A stretch of DNA of 64,000 nt, from positions 11,331 through 75,330 of the forward strand of contig JAZUCK010000001.1 in assembly GCA_045639065.1 (NCBI GenBank). The letters are read 5' to 3'. The position numbers and the translations under genes are program-made. This document shows, one piece after another, positions 35,111 through 46,201 of the stretch; position 1 is the stretch's first letter, and the number at the start of each line of letters is the position of its first letter. The notes below the pieces were generated by a model. It ran no database searches. It worked only from the letters and a program-made list of their open reading frames with translations, and was not told the origin of the DNA. The DNA is from Alphaproteobacteria bacterium (GTDB lineage Bacteria; Pseudomonadota; Alphaproteobacteria; RF32; CAG-239).

Positions 35111-36238
35111 ATGCGAGTTGATGAAAGACTTACCAAGTTAGCCGAAAGTGTTTTAAAAAATTCGGTTAAGTTGAAAAAAGGCGAAAAAATTTATATTGAA
35201 GCTTTTAGTGATTCAACCAAAGATTTGTTTAATGAATTTATTCGTATTGCTGCGAAGATGGGTGCTACGCCTTTTTACTTTTTTAATGACAATTTATTTG
35301 TAAAAAATTTGATGATAAATTCATCTGAAGCACAAATCGAACAATATGCCAAATGGCATAAAGCTTTGTTGGATGATATGGATTGTTATGTGGCCGTAAG
35401 AGGTTATGATGATTTGTTCGCTTTGTCGGATTTGCCGGTTGCAAAGCAAAAGCTGTATAATAATATTTATTATAATTTGATTCATTTTGAAGCAAGAATT
35501 CCCCATACTCGTTGGTGTGTGATGCGTTATCCGAACGATACAATGGCGGCGGTTTCGAAGATGTCGCGTGAAAAATTGGAAGATTTTTATTTTGATTGTT
35601 GCTTGGTCGATTATAAAAAAATGGGCAAGGCTATGGCTCCATTGAAAAAGTTGATGGATAAAACCGATAAGGTTAGAATTAAAGGGCCTAATACCGATTT
35701 ACAATTTTCAATTAGAGATTTGAAAGCAGTTATTTGTGACGGAACAATGAATATTCCCGATGGCGAAGTTTATACCGCACCGGTAAAAGAATCGATAAAT
35801 GGGCATATTCAATTTAATACCGATACGGTTTATGATGGGACATTTTATTCCAATGTTTATTTAGAGTTTAAGAACGGCAAAATTGTTAAAGCCGAATCGA
35901 GAGCTAATAATGATAAATTGCAAAAGCAATTGTCAGTTGATGAGGGTGCCAAATATATGGGCGAATTTGCCATAGGTGTTAATCCTTATATCAGAAAAGA
36001 AATGTTGGATATTTTGTTTGATGAAAAAATTGCTTGTTCGCTACATATGGCAATAGGCAACTCGTATAGTGATGAAACATTTAACGGAAACCGCTCAAGT
36101 GTCCATTGGGATTTGGTGTTAATTCAAGACAAGGCTCACGGCGGTGGTGAGATTTGGTTTGATGATGTTTTGGTAAGAAAAGACGGAATATTTACCTTAA
36201 AAGAATTGCAAGGATTAAATCCTGATAAATTGAAATAA
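35111..36238 (+). CDS. Aminopeptidase, M29 (AmpS/PepS) family
   Basis: NIPDGEVYTAP, GEFAIG, LFDEKI, HMAIG, SSVHWD. Confidence 0.92.
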   Translation: MRVDERLTKLAESVLKNSVKLKKGEKIYIEAFSDSTKDLFNEFIRIAAKMGATPFYFFNDNLFVKNLMINSSEAQIEQYAKWHKALLDDMDCYVAVRGYDDLFALSDLPVAKQKLYNNIYYNLIHFEARIPHTRWCVMRYPNDTMAAVSKMSREKLEDFYFDCCLVDYKKMGKAMAPLKKLMDKTDKVRIKGPNTDLQFSIRDLKAVICDGTMNIPDGEVYTAPVKESINGHIQFNTDTVYDGTFYSNVYLEFKNGKIVKAESRANNDKLQKQLSVDEGAKYMGEFAIGVNPYIRKEMLDILFDEKIACSLHMAIGNSYSDETFNGNRSSVHWDLVLIQDKAHGGGEIWFDDVLVRKDGIFTLKELQGLNPDKLK

Positions 36239-36261
36239 AAAAAAGCGCAAGGCCTGTCCTT

Positions 36262-36942
36262 TTAAGAGGGCAGGCCTTGTGGTGATGTGCAAATAAACTC
36301 CAATTCCGTGCAATTTTCTTCTTTGTTAAATCCATAACGATAAATGCAGTCGTTTATCACTAGATTTGAAGGAATGCTTGCAGGTTTAATATCGTTTATT
36401 TCATTTAAGAGATCTTTGTCTTCAGCAAAAACCGGAAAAATCATGCTTTTATCAGGATCTGTCAGACATAACCCGAGCCATATACAACATGATGGTTCTT
36501 CATCATGAAAACCTGAGGCCAGTTGCCAAAAAAGGTTGCTGTTATCTCTGCCAGTGAGAGTATTAGCAATGCTTACGGCATATTTTTCCGAGGTAATGTA
36601 CGGAAGTTGCATCAGCCATGTTGTTTGTTCGCGTTCTTCTGCTGTGATAATAGTTCCGTTGATGATTATGGTGTCTCCATTGTTCAGCGGAATATATTCT
36701 GTTTTTTGCGAATCGTTTACAACTTCTAACGGAAGCTTTAATGCCGTAACAATTTTTTCTTTTTGGTCGTCGTTATCATAACCTTTCCAAGCGATAGATG
36801 AGATTATTGCCTCGTCATTCATGTGAAAGTTTATGATAAAAGGTTTGAGATCAAGTTTTTTTCCGAACTGCTTGAAATAGATCTTTTGTGCTTCCAGAGA
36901 AGAGCTAATTCCGTTCTCTAGAGGATAGGGTTTTATTCTCAT
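36262..36942 (-). CDS. Hypothetical protein
   Basis: 226-aa ORF filling the intergenic space; no recognised motif. Confidence 0.55.
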   Translation of the reverse strand: MRIKPYPLENGISSSLEAQKIYFKQFGKKLDLKPFIINFHMNDEAIISSIAWKGYDNDDQKEKIVTALKLPLEVVNDSQKTEYIPLNNGDTIIINGTIITAEEREQTTWLMQLPYITSEKYAVSIANTLTGRDNSNLFWQLASGFHDEEPSCCIWLGLCLTDPDKSMIFPVFAEDKDLLNEINDIKPASIPSNLVINDCIYRYGFNKEENCTELEFICTSPQGLPS

Positions 36943-37115
36943 ATCTTGTAAAATTTAATAATTATCTTTTTAATTTATCTTTAATATCATATTGTTAGGT
37001 ATATCTAATCAATATTTTGTGTTTTTGTCAATATTTTTGTCTTGATTTTTGTCAAATGCTGTTATAGGCTAATCGTGATATTTTAAAAATCTTACAACAA
37101 TTAAATTTTATTATT

Positions 37116-38147
37116 ATGGCAAAGGAACAATTTGCAAAACCTGTTTCAGAAATGAAAAGAAGAAAGGCTGTAGGTGAAAGTACCAGATTCGGCGAAATCA
37201 GAAATTTTGTTAATCCGGCAGAGTTAATAACAAGCGAAAATGACTTTAGTATGGCGGTTGTTCCGTCATTGGTCGTTGTATTTGCAGATACTTTGGTCGG
37301 CGCTCTTGATGTTGCAAAATACGTTAAGAATTATCACGCAAAATTTGGTAAGTACCCAAGAATACTGTGCTTAGAAGGTATATCAAGTTGTAAATGGATT
37401 CAATGGAATAAGCCATTGAATTTGTGGATGAAAGATGTATTGATTCGTTGCGGTATTCCTGCGGAAACGGTGGAAACATTGAATGGTGCAGATACTATCA
37501 GCGAGTTGAAAATCTTTATGGACAAGAAGCACTACAAACATGCGTCGGTTTTTACGGCCAGATGTTTTTGCTTAAGTGCTGCTATTCAGCTAAAGAGGAT
37601 GATTCCTTTCGGAGAATTCAAATTCTTTGAAAAGGGGTTCGTTTCGGAAGAAGTTGCTCATATGACCAATGTTGTTCCAACATTGCATCCTATTTTTGAT
37701 ATGGATGATTTGGATGGGTTAGGTCTTGACATGCTATTGGGCGAAATTATTCGCTTGAATATGCTGAAAAGTGAGATCCTTCAAGTAATTTCGGATACAC
37801 TGCCTCTTGATGTTGTTAAAAACATTGAAGAGGCTTTCAACGGGACGAAAACTTATTGGGAAGTTAAAGAGTATGTACCAATCGTTGACAAAATACTTCC
37901 CGTCGGAGAATTATGCGGGTATATTGATGTTTTGAAAGGCTTAATGCCTATAGAGACAGTCAAAAAGTATGTGGAAAAAGGGTATATCCTCGGACTTTCT
38001 ACCAAAGCTGATAGATCAGCAGTAGGTTTGACAGAGGAACAGTTTTTCGAAATGTTGCCGAAAAGGTTGAGTGATTTTCCGTGGTTGAAAGATCAAGAGA
38101 CACATCTTAACAAACAAATTGATGAACTCTTGAGCTTTATCAAATGA
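37116..38147 (+). CDS. Hypothetical protein, weak resemblance to YdcF/DUF218
   Basis: 343-aa ORF; MKDVLIRCGIPAETV segment. Confidence 0.5.
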   Translation: MAKEQFAKPVSEMKRRKAVGESTRFGEIRNFVNPAELITSENDFSMAVVPSLVVVFADTLVGALDVAKYVKNYHAKFGKYPRILCLEGISSCKWIQWNKPLNLWMKDVLIRCGIPAETVETLNGADTISELKIFMDKKHYKHASVFTARCFCLSAAIQLKRMIPFGEFKFFEKGFVSEEVAHMTNVVPTLHPIFDMDDLDGLGLDMLLGEIIRLNMLKSEILQVISDTLPLDVVKNIEEAFNGTKTYWEVKEYVPIVDKILPVGELCGYIDVLKGLMPIETVKKYVEKGYILGLSTKADRSAVGLTEEQFFEMLPKRLSDFPWLKDQETHLNKQIDELLSFIK

Positions 38148-38165
38148 AAATTTGCAAATGATTAA

Positions 38166-38199
38166 AAAAAACTCCCCACTCGAAAGAGTAGGGAGTTTT
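38166..38199. terminator. Bidirectional intrinsic terminator
   Basis: AAAAAACTCCC.ACTC-GAAA-GAGTAGGGAGTTTT between convergent genes. Confidence 0.8.
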
Positions 38200-38215
38200 A
38201 TTTTGGCTAAGAAGC

Positions 38216-41200
38216 TTATTCAGCAACTTTGAAGTCAGCCATGTGTTCAAGCAAAGAACGTTTTTCGTTAACGTTTTCTTGAGCTTTGTTCACAAGTGTT
38301 TCATAACGCTCTGGATTTTGTTTGTTTACAACTTGGAAACGTGTTTCATTAGCCATATATTCAGCCAATGGTTTAGAAGGTGCTTTTGAATCCAAGCTCA
38401 AAGGAGCTTTACCTTCTTTGATGTTTTCCGGATTGTAACGATACAACGGCCAAGAACCTGATTCAACAGCTGCTTTTTGATGAGACAAACCGTCAATCAA
38501 GTTAAAGCCTTGAGCGATACAGTGTGAGTATGCAATAATCAAAGACGGGCCGTCATAAGCTTCGGCTTCGTTTAAGGCTTTGATTACTTGAGCATCATTA
38601 GCACCGATAGAAATTTGAGCAACATAAACATTACCATAAGACATAGCAATCATACCCAAATCTTTTTTCGGTAATGATTTACCTGCTGTGGCAAACTTAG
38701 CAGAAGCACCCATAGGAGTTGCTTTTGATTGTTGACCGCCGGTATTTGAGTAAACACCCGTATCCATTACCAAAATGTTGATGTTTTTGCCTGAGGCAAT
38801 AGCGTGATCAAGACCACCAAAGCCAATGTCATAAGCCCAACCGTCACCACCTAAAATCCATACAGATTTTTTGATGAGGTAGTCAGCCAATTTGTCAAGA
38901 TGTTTAGCTTCAGCAGAGTTTATGCCAGCCAATTTTGTGCGCAATTCGGCAACCAAATCACGTTGAGCATCAATTTCAACATCGTTTGATTGTGGGTTGT
39001 TCAACAATTTGTCGGCTAATTCGGCACCAACTTTGTCTTTTAAGCCTTCCAACAATTGTTTAGCAAAAGATGTTTGTTGGTCAATTGAGAAACGCATACC
39101 AAGACCAAATTCGGCATTGTCTTCAAACAATGAGTTTGCCCAAGCCGGACCATGTCCTTTTTCGTCTTTGGCATAAGGTGTTGTCGGCAAGTTACCTGAG
39201 TAAATTGAAGAACATCCTGTAGCATTGGCAACAACCATTCTATCACCAAACAATTGGGTCAACAATTTTACATAAGGTGTTTCACCACAACCTGCACAAG
39301 CACCTGAGAATTCAAACAAAGGTTGAATCATTTGAGTGGTTTTCGGCAAGTTTTTAGCAACTTCGGTACGTTTTACATAAGGCAAAGTTTCGAAGAAGTC
39401 CCAGTTAGCTTTTTCAGCTTCCAAATGGTTTTCGATGTGATCCATATTGATAGCTTTGAGCTCAGGATTTGCTTTGTTCTTAACCGGACAAGCAGAAGTA
39501 CAAATACCACAGCCTGTGCAGTCTTCGGCAGAAATTTGCAAGATGAAACGTTTGTCGGCAAATTCTTTTCCTTTGTATGCAGCAGATTTCAAAGTAGCAG
39601 GAGCAGAAGCAAGTTGTTCTTCTGAAGCAACTTTCATACGGATTACACCGTGTGGGCATACGAGTGAACATTTACCGCATTGGATACAGCTTTCAGGATC
39701 CCAAACAGGAATTTCGGTTGCAATACAACGTTTTTCAAATTTGGTTGTACCTGTAGGCCATGTTCCGTCAACAACTTCGCTAAATGCAGAAACAGGGAGC
39801 AAATCACCACGATCGGCAATGATTTCGCCTGTAACTTTTCTTACGAATTCAGGAGCATCAGCAGGAACAGGAAGCAAACGATTGAAAGTAGATGTTACTT
39901 CGGCAGGGTATTCAACTTTGTGCAAGTGCTCAAGAGAGGCATCAACAGCGGCAAAGTTCTTTTGAACGATAGCATCACCTTTTTTAGAGTATGTTTTCTT
40001 AATTGCATTTTTGATTTGTGCAATAGCTTCGTCTTTCGGCAAAATGTTAGAAATTGCGAAGAAGCAAGCTTGCATGATGGTGTTAATGCGTTGACCCATT
40101 CCGGTTTCACGAGCAACTTCTACAGCGTTAATTGTGTAGAATTGAAGTTTTTTCTCAATGATTTCGGCTTGAACTTCGCGTGGAAGATGATTCCATACTT
40201 CGTCAGCAGAATAAGGAGCATTGAGCAAGAATGTGGCACCAGGTTTAGCAATCTTTAAGATGTCAACTTTGGCCATGAACGGGAATTGGTGACAAGCAAC
40301 AAAGTCTGCTTTGTTTACAAGGTAAGCAGCTTTAATCGGGTTGTCAGAAAAACGCAAGTGAGATGTGGTCATAGAACCTGATTTACGAGAGTCATAAACG
40401 AAGTAACCTTGACCATATTTACCGGCATCTTCGGCAATGATTTTGATTGAGTTTTTGTTAGCACCGACAGTACCATCAGCACCCAAACCATAGAATACGG
40501 CACGAACAACGTCTTTGCCTTCGGTGTCGATATCGTCGCTGTAAGGTAAAGATGTGTTGTTTACATCGTCGTTGATACCAACAGAGAAGCCGTTGATAGG
40601 TTTCATTGAAGCACCATTGTCATATACGGCACGAACCATACCAGGTGTGAATTCTTTTGAAGACAAGCCGTAGCGACCACCAAAAATGCGAGGCATATTA
40701 GCGATTTCGCCGTTAGCATGAGCTTGAGTCAATGTAGCAACAACATCTAAGTACAATGGTTCACCGATAGAACCTGATTCTTTTGTTCTATCCAAAACAT
40801 TTACAACTTTGACTGATTTCGGCAAAGCTTTTAAGAATGATTTGGTTGGGAAAGGACGATACAAACGAACTTTCAAAAGACCAACTTTGTAGCCGTTTTC
40901 GTTCAAGTAAGTAATAGCTTCTTCAACTGTTTCGGCACCAGAACCCATGATAACAATAACTTGTTCGGCATCTTCGGGGCCAACATAGTCAACAACGTTA
41001 TACTTACGACCTGAAACTTTGGCAAATTTGTTCATTTCTTCTTGAACAATGTCTTCTACACTGTTGTAGAAAGGATTGCAAGCTTCGCGACCTTGGAAGA
41101 ATACGTCAGGGTTTTGAGCTGTACCACGGATAACCGGAGCTTCAGGACGAAGAGCATTCTTCAAATTGAATTGGTAATCAACGCCTTCTAACATTGCACG

Positions 41201-41776
41201 CAAGTCATCATCAGACAAAAGGGCAATTTTTTTGATTTCGTGTGATGTTCTAAAACCGTCAAAGAAATGCATAAACGGAACGCGAGAGCGCAAAGTAGAT
41301 GTTTGAGCAATAGCGGCAAAGTCATGGGCTTCTTGAACAGAGTTTGATGCAAGCATTGCAAAACCTGTTTGACGGCAAGACATAACGTCAGAGTGATCAC
41401 CGAAAATTGACAATGCGTGGTATGCCAAAGAACGAGCGGCAACGTGCATTACAAACGGAGATAACTCACCGGCAATTTTGTACATGTTTGGAATCATCAA
41501 GAGCAAACCTTGAGAAGCTGTAAAGGTTGTTGTCAAAGCACCTGCTTGGAGTGAACCGTGGCAAGCACCGGCAGCACCGGCTTCAGATTGCATTTCTTGA
41601 ACTTCGGGAACAATGCCCCAAAGGTTTTTTTGGTTGGCTGCAGACCACGCATCAGCCCATTCACCCATCGGAGATGACGGAGTAATCGGGTAGATAACGC
41701 AGACTTCATTCATGCGGTGAGCAACAGAAGCGGCAGCTTCGTTACCATCCATCATTTTCATCTTTACTTCAGACAT
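38216..41776 (-). CDS. nifJ: Pyruvate:ferredoxin (flavodoxin) oxidoreductase
   Basis: YPITPSS, EMQSEAGAAG, two CxxCxxCxxxCP motifs, GACAGCGETPY, GGDGWAYDIG. Confidence 0.97.
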   Translation of the reverse strand: MSEVKMKMMDGNEAAASVAHRMNEVCVIYPITPSSPMGEWADAWSAANQKNLWGIVPEVQEMQSEAGAAGACHGSLQAGALTTTFTASQGLLLMIPNMYKIAGELSPFVMHVAARSLAYHALSIFGDHSDVMSCRQTGFAMLASNSVQEAHDFAAIAQTSTLRSRVPFMHFFDGFRTSHEIKKIALLSDDDLRAMLEGVDYQFNLKNALRPEAPVIRGTAQNPDVFFQGREACNPFYNSVEDIVQEEMNKFAKVSGRKYNVVDYVGPEDAEQVIVIMGSGAETVEEAITYLNENGYKVGLLKVRLYRPFPTKSFLKALPKSVKVVNVLDRTKESGSIGEPLYLDVVATLTQAHANGEIANMPRIFGGRYGLSSKEFTPGMVRAVYDNGASMKPINGFSVGINDDVNNTSLPYSDDIDTEGKDVVRAVFYGLGADGTVGANKNSIKIIAEDAGKYGQGYFVYDSRKSGSMTTSHLRFSDNPIKAAYLVNKADFVACHQFPFMAKVDILKIAKPGATFLLNAPYSADEVWNHLPREVQAEIIEKKLQFYTINAVEVARETGMGQRINTIMQACFFAISNILPKDEAIAQIKNAIKKTYSKKGDAIVQKNFAAVDASLEHLHKVEYPAEVTSTFNRLLPVPADAPEFVRKVTGEIIADRGDLLPVSAFSEVVDGTWPTGTTKFEKRCIATEIPVWDPESCIQCGKCSLVCPHGVIRMKVASEEQLASAPATLKSAAYKGKEFADKRFILQISAEDCTGCGICTSACPVKNKANPELKAINMDHIENHLEAEKANWDFFETLPYVKRTEVAKNLPKTTQMIQPLFEFSGACAGCGETPYVKLLTQLFGDRMVVANATGCSSIYSGNLPTTPYAKDEKGHGPAWANSLFEDNAEFGLGMRFSIDQQTSFAKQLLEGLKDKVGAELADKLLNNPQSNDVEIDAQRDLVAELRTKLAGINSAEAKHLDKLADYLIKKSVWILGGDGWAYDIGFGGLDHAIASGKNINILVMDTGVYSNTGGQQSKATPMGASAKFATAGKSLPKKDLGMIAMSYGNVYVAQISIGANDAQVIKALNEAEAYDGPSLIIAYSHCIAQGFNLIDGLSHQKAAVESGSWPLYRYNPENIKEGKAPLSLDSKAPSKPLAEYMANETRFQVVNKQNPERYETLVNKAQENVNEKRSLLEHMADFKVAE

Positions 41777-41989
41777 ATTTCATCCTTAAAGTTAACGTTA
41801 ACAAAATAAAAAAAGCCAATAAATCAGACTGTTTTTAAGCCTAATCTACCGGCCATGACTTAATAGAAAAAATTTCTGTGAGTTTTATAGCACTCGAAAG
41901 ATTAAAAATCTAGTAAAAAATGTGTTTTTTTATAGATTTTTTTTTAATTCAATATAAAGTTTATATCAGTTAATTTTATAGGAGGACTA

Positions 41990-42316
41990 ATGATGAAAAA
42001 AATCGTAACTTTAGTGGCTTTGGTGTTGTTTGCTTCAAATGCTAATGCTTGGGATTTGGCTTCGGTTGCAAGTAAGGTAAAATCTGTGGCTGATGAAACA
42101 AGTGCCAAGATTGAATCGGCTCAAAGCAAGTCTGATGAAAAATCACAAGAAGCACAAAATTCTATTATGGAAAAAATCAACGAACTAAAAGAAAAAATTG
42201 CTAATTGGCAAGCTTCTGATAATGCCGAAAGCTCTGAAATTAAAAAAGCCATTGCTGATGCAAAAGCAAGTATCGAAAACTTGATGAAGCAATTGAAAGC
42301 TTTGCAGGGAAAATAA
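41990..42316 (+). CDS. Small exported helical hypothetical protein
   Basis: Signal peptide ending ANA; GGAGG RBS. Confidence 0.6.
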   Translation: MMKKIVTLVALVLFASNANAWDLASVASKVKSVADETSAKIESAQSKSDEKSQEAQNSIMEKINELKEKIANWQASDNAESSEIKKAIADAKASIENLMKQLKALQGK

Positions 42317-42668
42317 TAAATTATAACTTGCATAAAATCGCTTTTATTCATTTGGATAAGGGCGATTTTTTTGTCTAAAAAAACTCTTGTCAAATGTTAA
42401 ATACTGTGCTATACGTTGCTTCCTTTTTTTAAGACTATGACTATTATTTTATATATAACAACGAAATCATAGCTATTGATTGTTGAGTATATATTTCGGA
42501 AATCAAATTTTTTTAAGTGAAAGAGCATTTAATCCATGCCGCCCGCTCCTTATTGTTTAAGGTGAGAACCATGAGTTCATGAGGATCAGAAGTAAGCTTA
42601 AAATATTGACGGACGAATATAAAAAAACATTCGAAAATGGTGATTTTAATCTAAAATTTAAAAAAAGT

Positions 42669-44021
42669 ATGATTGAGACAAGTTGGATTGTGATTGTTGC
42701 TGCTGTTTTTGTAGCCATTGTTTTGCTCTTCTTCTTGGTGAAGTGGATTTTGTCACTTCGTCGGGTTGTTGCAACTAATGAAGCACATGTCGTACGAAGA
42801 GGAGCGCAAACTGTTGCGTATGGTAGCGAAGGTCTATCATCGTATTACGAATGGCCCGCTTGGGTTCCAATTATCGGTGTTTCGGTAACGAAACTGTCTT
42901 TGGAAAACTTTGTTTTGGCGGTTGATAACTATGAGGCATATGACAAGGAAAAGTTGCCTTTCGTAGTCGATATTCGTGCATTCTTCCACATCAAAGATTG
43001 CCGAATAGCAGCAACCAGAGCATCATCAATGAAAATCTTACAAGAGCAGTTGGCTGATGTTGTTAGAGGTGCTGTTCGTACTATTTTGGCGCAAGATGAT
43101 TTGGAAAAAATCATGGTTGAGCGTTCTAAGTATGGTGCGCAGTTTACCTCAGAAATTAACCAACAGCTTACTTCCTGGGGTGTCGAAACAATTAAGACCA
43201 TCGAGTTGATGGATATTCGAGACTCACGCAATGAGGCCGTAATCTCAAATATTATGGCAAAGAAAAAATCTGCGATTGAAAGAGACTCTCGTGTAACCGT
43301 TGCTAAAAACAAACAGGAAGCTGAAGAGGCTGAAATTGCTGCTAGACAAGAGGTTGACTTGAAGCAAAAGACTGCTGATGAGGTAGTTGGTTTGCGTGAT
43401 GCCGAAGTTCAAAAGGTTGTAGGAATTGCTAAACAACAGTCTGAACAGGCAGTCAAAGAGGAAACCAAGACGACCAAGCAAAAAGAAATGGAGGTCTTGA
43501 AGGTTGAGACTGTGCGTCAGGCAGAGATCAACAAGGAAGCAACAGTTGTGAATGCTGAGGCAACTCGTCGAAAAGTCGAAATTGAGGCCGAGGCTTCTAA
43601 ACGTAAGGCTGAACTTGATGCAGAGGCAAAATTGGTACAAGCGACTAAGAACGCCGAAGGTATCAAGGCCGAAGGTCAAGCGAAAGCAGAGGCTGAGGAG
43701 AAGATGCAGATGGCATCTGTAACCGCTCAGACTACTCTTGCAAAAGAGGTAGGTGAGAATGAGGGGTATCAGAAATATCTCATCGAAATCCGTAAAGTCG
43801 AGGCTACAGAGAAGGTCGGCTTGGAGCAGGCTAAGAACATTAACGGAAGCAATATCAAGATTATTGCTAATGCCGGAAATGTTGCTGAAGGTTTGTCATC
43901 TGCTTTGGATGTACTCACCCCAAAGGGTGGTGCAAATATAGCAGGTGCTATCGAGGCTTTGGCTGCAACTGATGCCGGTAAGGCCTTGTTGAAAAAACTA
44001 GGATTGAAACTTGAGCAATAA
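42669..44021 (+). CDS. SPFH domain / flotillin-like protein
   Basis: N-terminal TM, SPFH core, Ala/Glu/Lys-rich flotillin coiled coil; likely start ATG 42669 (ORF track 42579). Confidence 0.85.
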   Translation: MIETSWIVIVAAVFVAIVLLFFLVKWILSLRRVVATNEAHVVRRGAQTVAYGSEGLSSYYEWPAWVPIIGVSVTKLSLENFVLAVDNYEAYDKEKLPFVVDIRAFFHIKDCRIAATRASSMKILQEQLADVVRGAVRTILAQDDLEKIMVERSKYGAQFTSEINQQLTSWGVETIKTIELMDIRDSRNEAVISNIMAKKKSAIERDSRVTVAKNKQEAEEAEIAARQEVDLKQKTADEVVGLRDAEVQKVVGIAKQQSEQAVKEETKTTKQKEMEVLKVETVRQAEINKEATVVNAEATRRKVEIEAEASKRKAELDAEAKLVQATKNAEGIKAEGQAKAEAEEKMQMASVTAQTTLAKEVGENEGYQKYLIEIRKVEATEKVGLEQAKNINGSNIKIIANAGNVAEGLSSALDVLTPKGGANIAGAIEALAATDAGKALLKKLGLKLEQ

Positions 44022-44042
44022 GCGTTAATGCTTTTTTTAATC

Positions 44043-44077
44043 AAACACGTTCCTTTTTGTAAGGGACGTGTTTTTTT
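44043..44077 (+). terminator. Intrinsic terminator
   Basis: AAACACGTTCCTT-loop-AAGGGACGTGTTTTTTT. Confidence 0.8.
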
Positions 44078-44168
44078 GTGTAAAAAAATAAAAGATTGCA
44101 AAACAATATTTTTTATTCTATCATTTTGTTATGATTTTTCTATTATTAACTGCTAAATATAATATATT

Positions 44169-44456
44169 ATGGATTTTTCAAAGAGAATTAAAGAGTTGGG
44201 ACTTGATAAGAGTCATGACTATCATCGCCAAGAAGTAAGACGTCAATTATGGTTGATGGCTGTGGTAATTGAGAAGAACGATCTTAGCGAATGTTCTATG
44301 GAAAATGTGTTTTATGCACAATTTGGAGAAAGATTGCGTAATTTACGTAGATCTGTGTTGATTTGGGAACAAGATGATGAATCTGCCAAATGCACTTTGT
44401 TAGCCATCATTGATGAGATGTTGGATATATGGGAAACGGATGTATCATTATTATAA
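44169..44456 (+). CDS. Small hypothetical protein
   Basis: 95-aa ORF followed by terminator 44458-44494. Confidence 0.5.
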   Translation: MDFSKRIKELGLDKSHDYHRQEVRRQLWLMAVVIEKNDLSECSMENVFYAQFGERLRNLRRSVLIWEQDDESAKCTLLAIIDEMLDIWETDVSLL

Positions 44457-44503
44457 GAAAAAAGCCTTTCGTAAAAAACGGAAGGCTTTTTTTTATTATT
44501 TTA

Positions 44504-46081
44504 TTATTCTTTGATTTTGGAAAATTTGACTTTCGGAAAATCTTCCTGTGCTTTGTTTAAGTGCCAAGCATTACGAGCTAAGAATACTAAAGCTCCGTCG
44601 TTGTCTTCGGCAATATTTAAGCGATTGGCATCAATGAATTTGTTTAACTCATTTTTATCATCAGCCGAAATCCAACGGGCTGTATAATATTGAGTTTGTT
44701 CAAACATTACCGGAAGGCCGAATTCATTTTTGATACGGTCAGCCATAACCTCGAATTGCAAAACACCGACTACGCCGACAATCCATTCGGCACCAATTAC
44801 GGGTTTGAAAACACTGGCACCGCCTTCTTCGGCAATTTGCTTTAAGGCATCGCCAAGGTGTTTGGATTTCAAAGGATCGAGAGCACGAGCTGATTTTAAT
44901 AACTCTGGTGCAAATGACGGAATACCGGTAAAAGTAATTTTTTCGCCTTCGGTCAAAGTGTCGCCAATGCGAAGCTGTCCATGGTTGGGGATCCCGATGA
45001 TGTCGCCGGCATAAGCATCTTCGGCTAATTCACGTTCTTGTGCCAAAAACATTACCGGTGTCGGAACTTTTAAGGGTTTGCCGGTGCGTACTTGATGCAA
45101 GGTCATGCCACGTTTGAAGTGTCCTGAACAAATACGCATAAAAGCGATACGGTCACGGTGTTTCGGGTCCATGTTGGCTTGAATTTTAAAGACAAAGCCG
45201 CTTACTTTATTTTCATCTGGACTGACCTCACGTTCGACAGTCGGGTGCGGGCGAGGAGTGGGGGCAAATGCTAACAAGCCCTCCAATACTTCTTTTACGC
45301 CAAAGTTGTTGATGGCACTTCCGAAGAATACCGGAGTTAATGTGCCGGCCAAGTAGGCGTCTAAATCAAACTTGGGACAAAGCTCGCTAATCATCATAAT
45401 GTCTTCACGAAGCTTGGCAACTTGGTGAGCCGGTAATAATTCGTCTAATTTAGAATCATCAAGTCCGGAAACCGTTTCGATAACAGTATTGATTGTCGAT
45501 TTGTCGCCGGTTTTGTTCATCAAAATCATGCGATTGTTTAAAATATCATAACAACCTTTGAAATCTTTACCGGAGCCGACCGGCCAACTTGCCGGTGTAA
45601 CATCTAAGGCTAAGGTTTGTTCAATCTCATCTAAAAGGGCAAATGGATCTTGGCCTTCACGGTCTAATTTATTGATGAAGGTGATAATCGGTACATCACG
45701 CAGACGGCAAACTTCGAACAATTTTTTTGTTTGAGTTTCGATACCTTTTGCCGAATCGAGTACCATGATGGCAGAGTCAACGGCGGTTAGTACACGATAG
45801 GTGTCTTCGGAAAAGTCTTCGTGTCCGGGGGTGTCCAAAAGATTGAAGGTTACGTTGCTATATTCAAATGTCATTACAGATGAGGCAACGGAAATACCAC
45901 GTTCTTGTTCTACTTTCATCCAATCGGAGTGAGCACGACGATTTTCGCCACGAGCCTTTACCGCGCCGGCTTGTTGAATCGCACCTCCAAACAATAACAA
46001 TTTTTCGGTTAATGTTGTTTTACCTGCGTCAGGGTGTGATATAATTGCAAAAGTTTTGCGTTGGTTAGTTGTATTAGTCAT
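44504..46081 (-). CDS. prfC: Peptide chain release factor 3
   Basis: RKTFAIISHPDAGKTTLTEKLLL, DTPGHEDFSEDTYR, IQANMDPKHRDR. Confidence 0.97.
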   Translation of the reverse strand: MTNTTNQRKTFAIISHPDAGKTTLTEKLLLFGGAIQQAGAVKARGENRRAHSDWMKVEQERGISVASSVMTFEYSNVTFNLLDTPGHEDFSEDTYRVLTAVDSAIMVLDSAKGIETQTKKLFEVCRLRDVPIITFINKLDREGQDPFALLDEIEQTLALDVTPASWPVGSGKDFKGCYDILNNRMILMNKTGDKSTINTVIETVSGLDDSKLDELLPAHQVAKLREDIMMISELCPKFDLDAYLAGTLTPVFFGSAINNFGVKEVLEGLLAFAPTPRPHPTVEREVSPDENKVSGFVFKIQANMDPKHRDRIAFMRICSGHFKRGMTLHQVRTGKPLKVPTPVMFLAQERELAEDAYAGDIIGIPNHGQLRIGDTLTEGEKITFTGIPSFAPELLKSARALDPLKSKHLGDALKQIAEEGGASVFKPVIGAEWIVGVVGVLQFEVMADRIKNEFGLPVMFEQTQYYTARWISADDKNELNKFIDANRLNIAEDNDGALVFLARNAWHLNKAQEDFPKVKFSKIKE

Positions 46082-46201
46082 TTTTTTCTCTTATTTTATC
46101 TAAAGTTAGCATACAAGTATCAATTAAAGTTTTATTAGTCAAGTAAAACAAAACCCCTCGCTTTTTTATTTAAACGAGGAGTTTTGAATAAGACTATAGC
46201 A

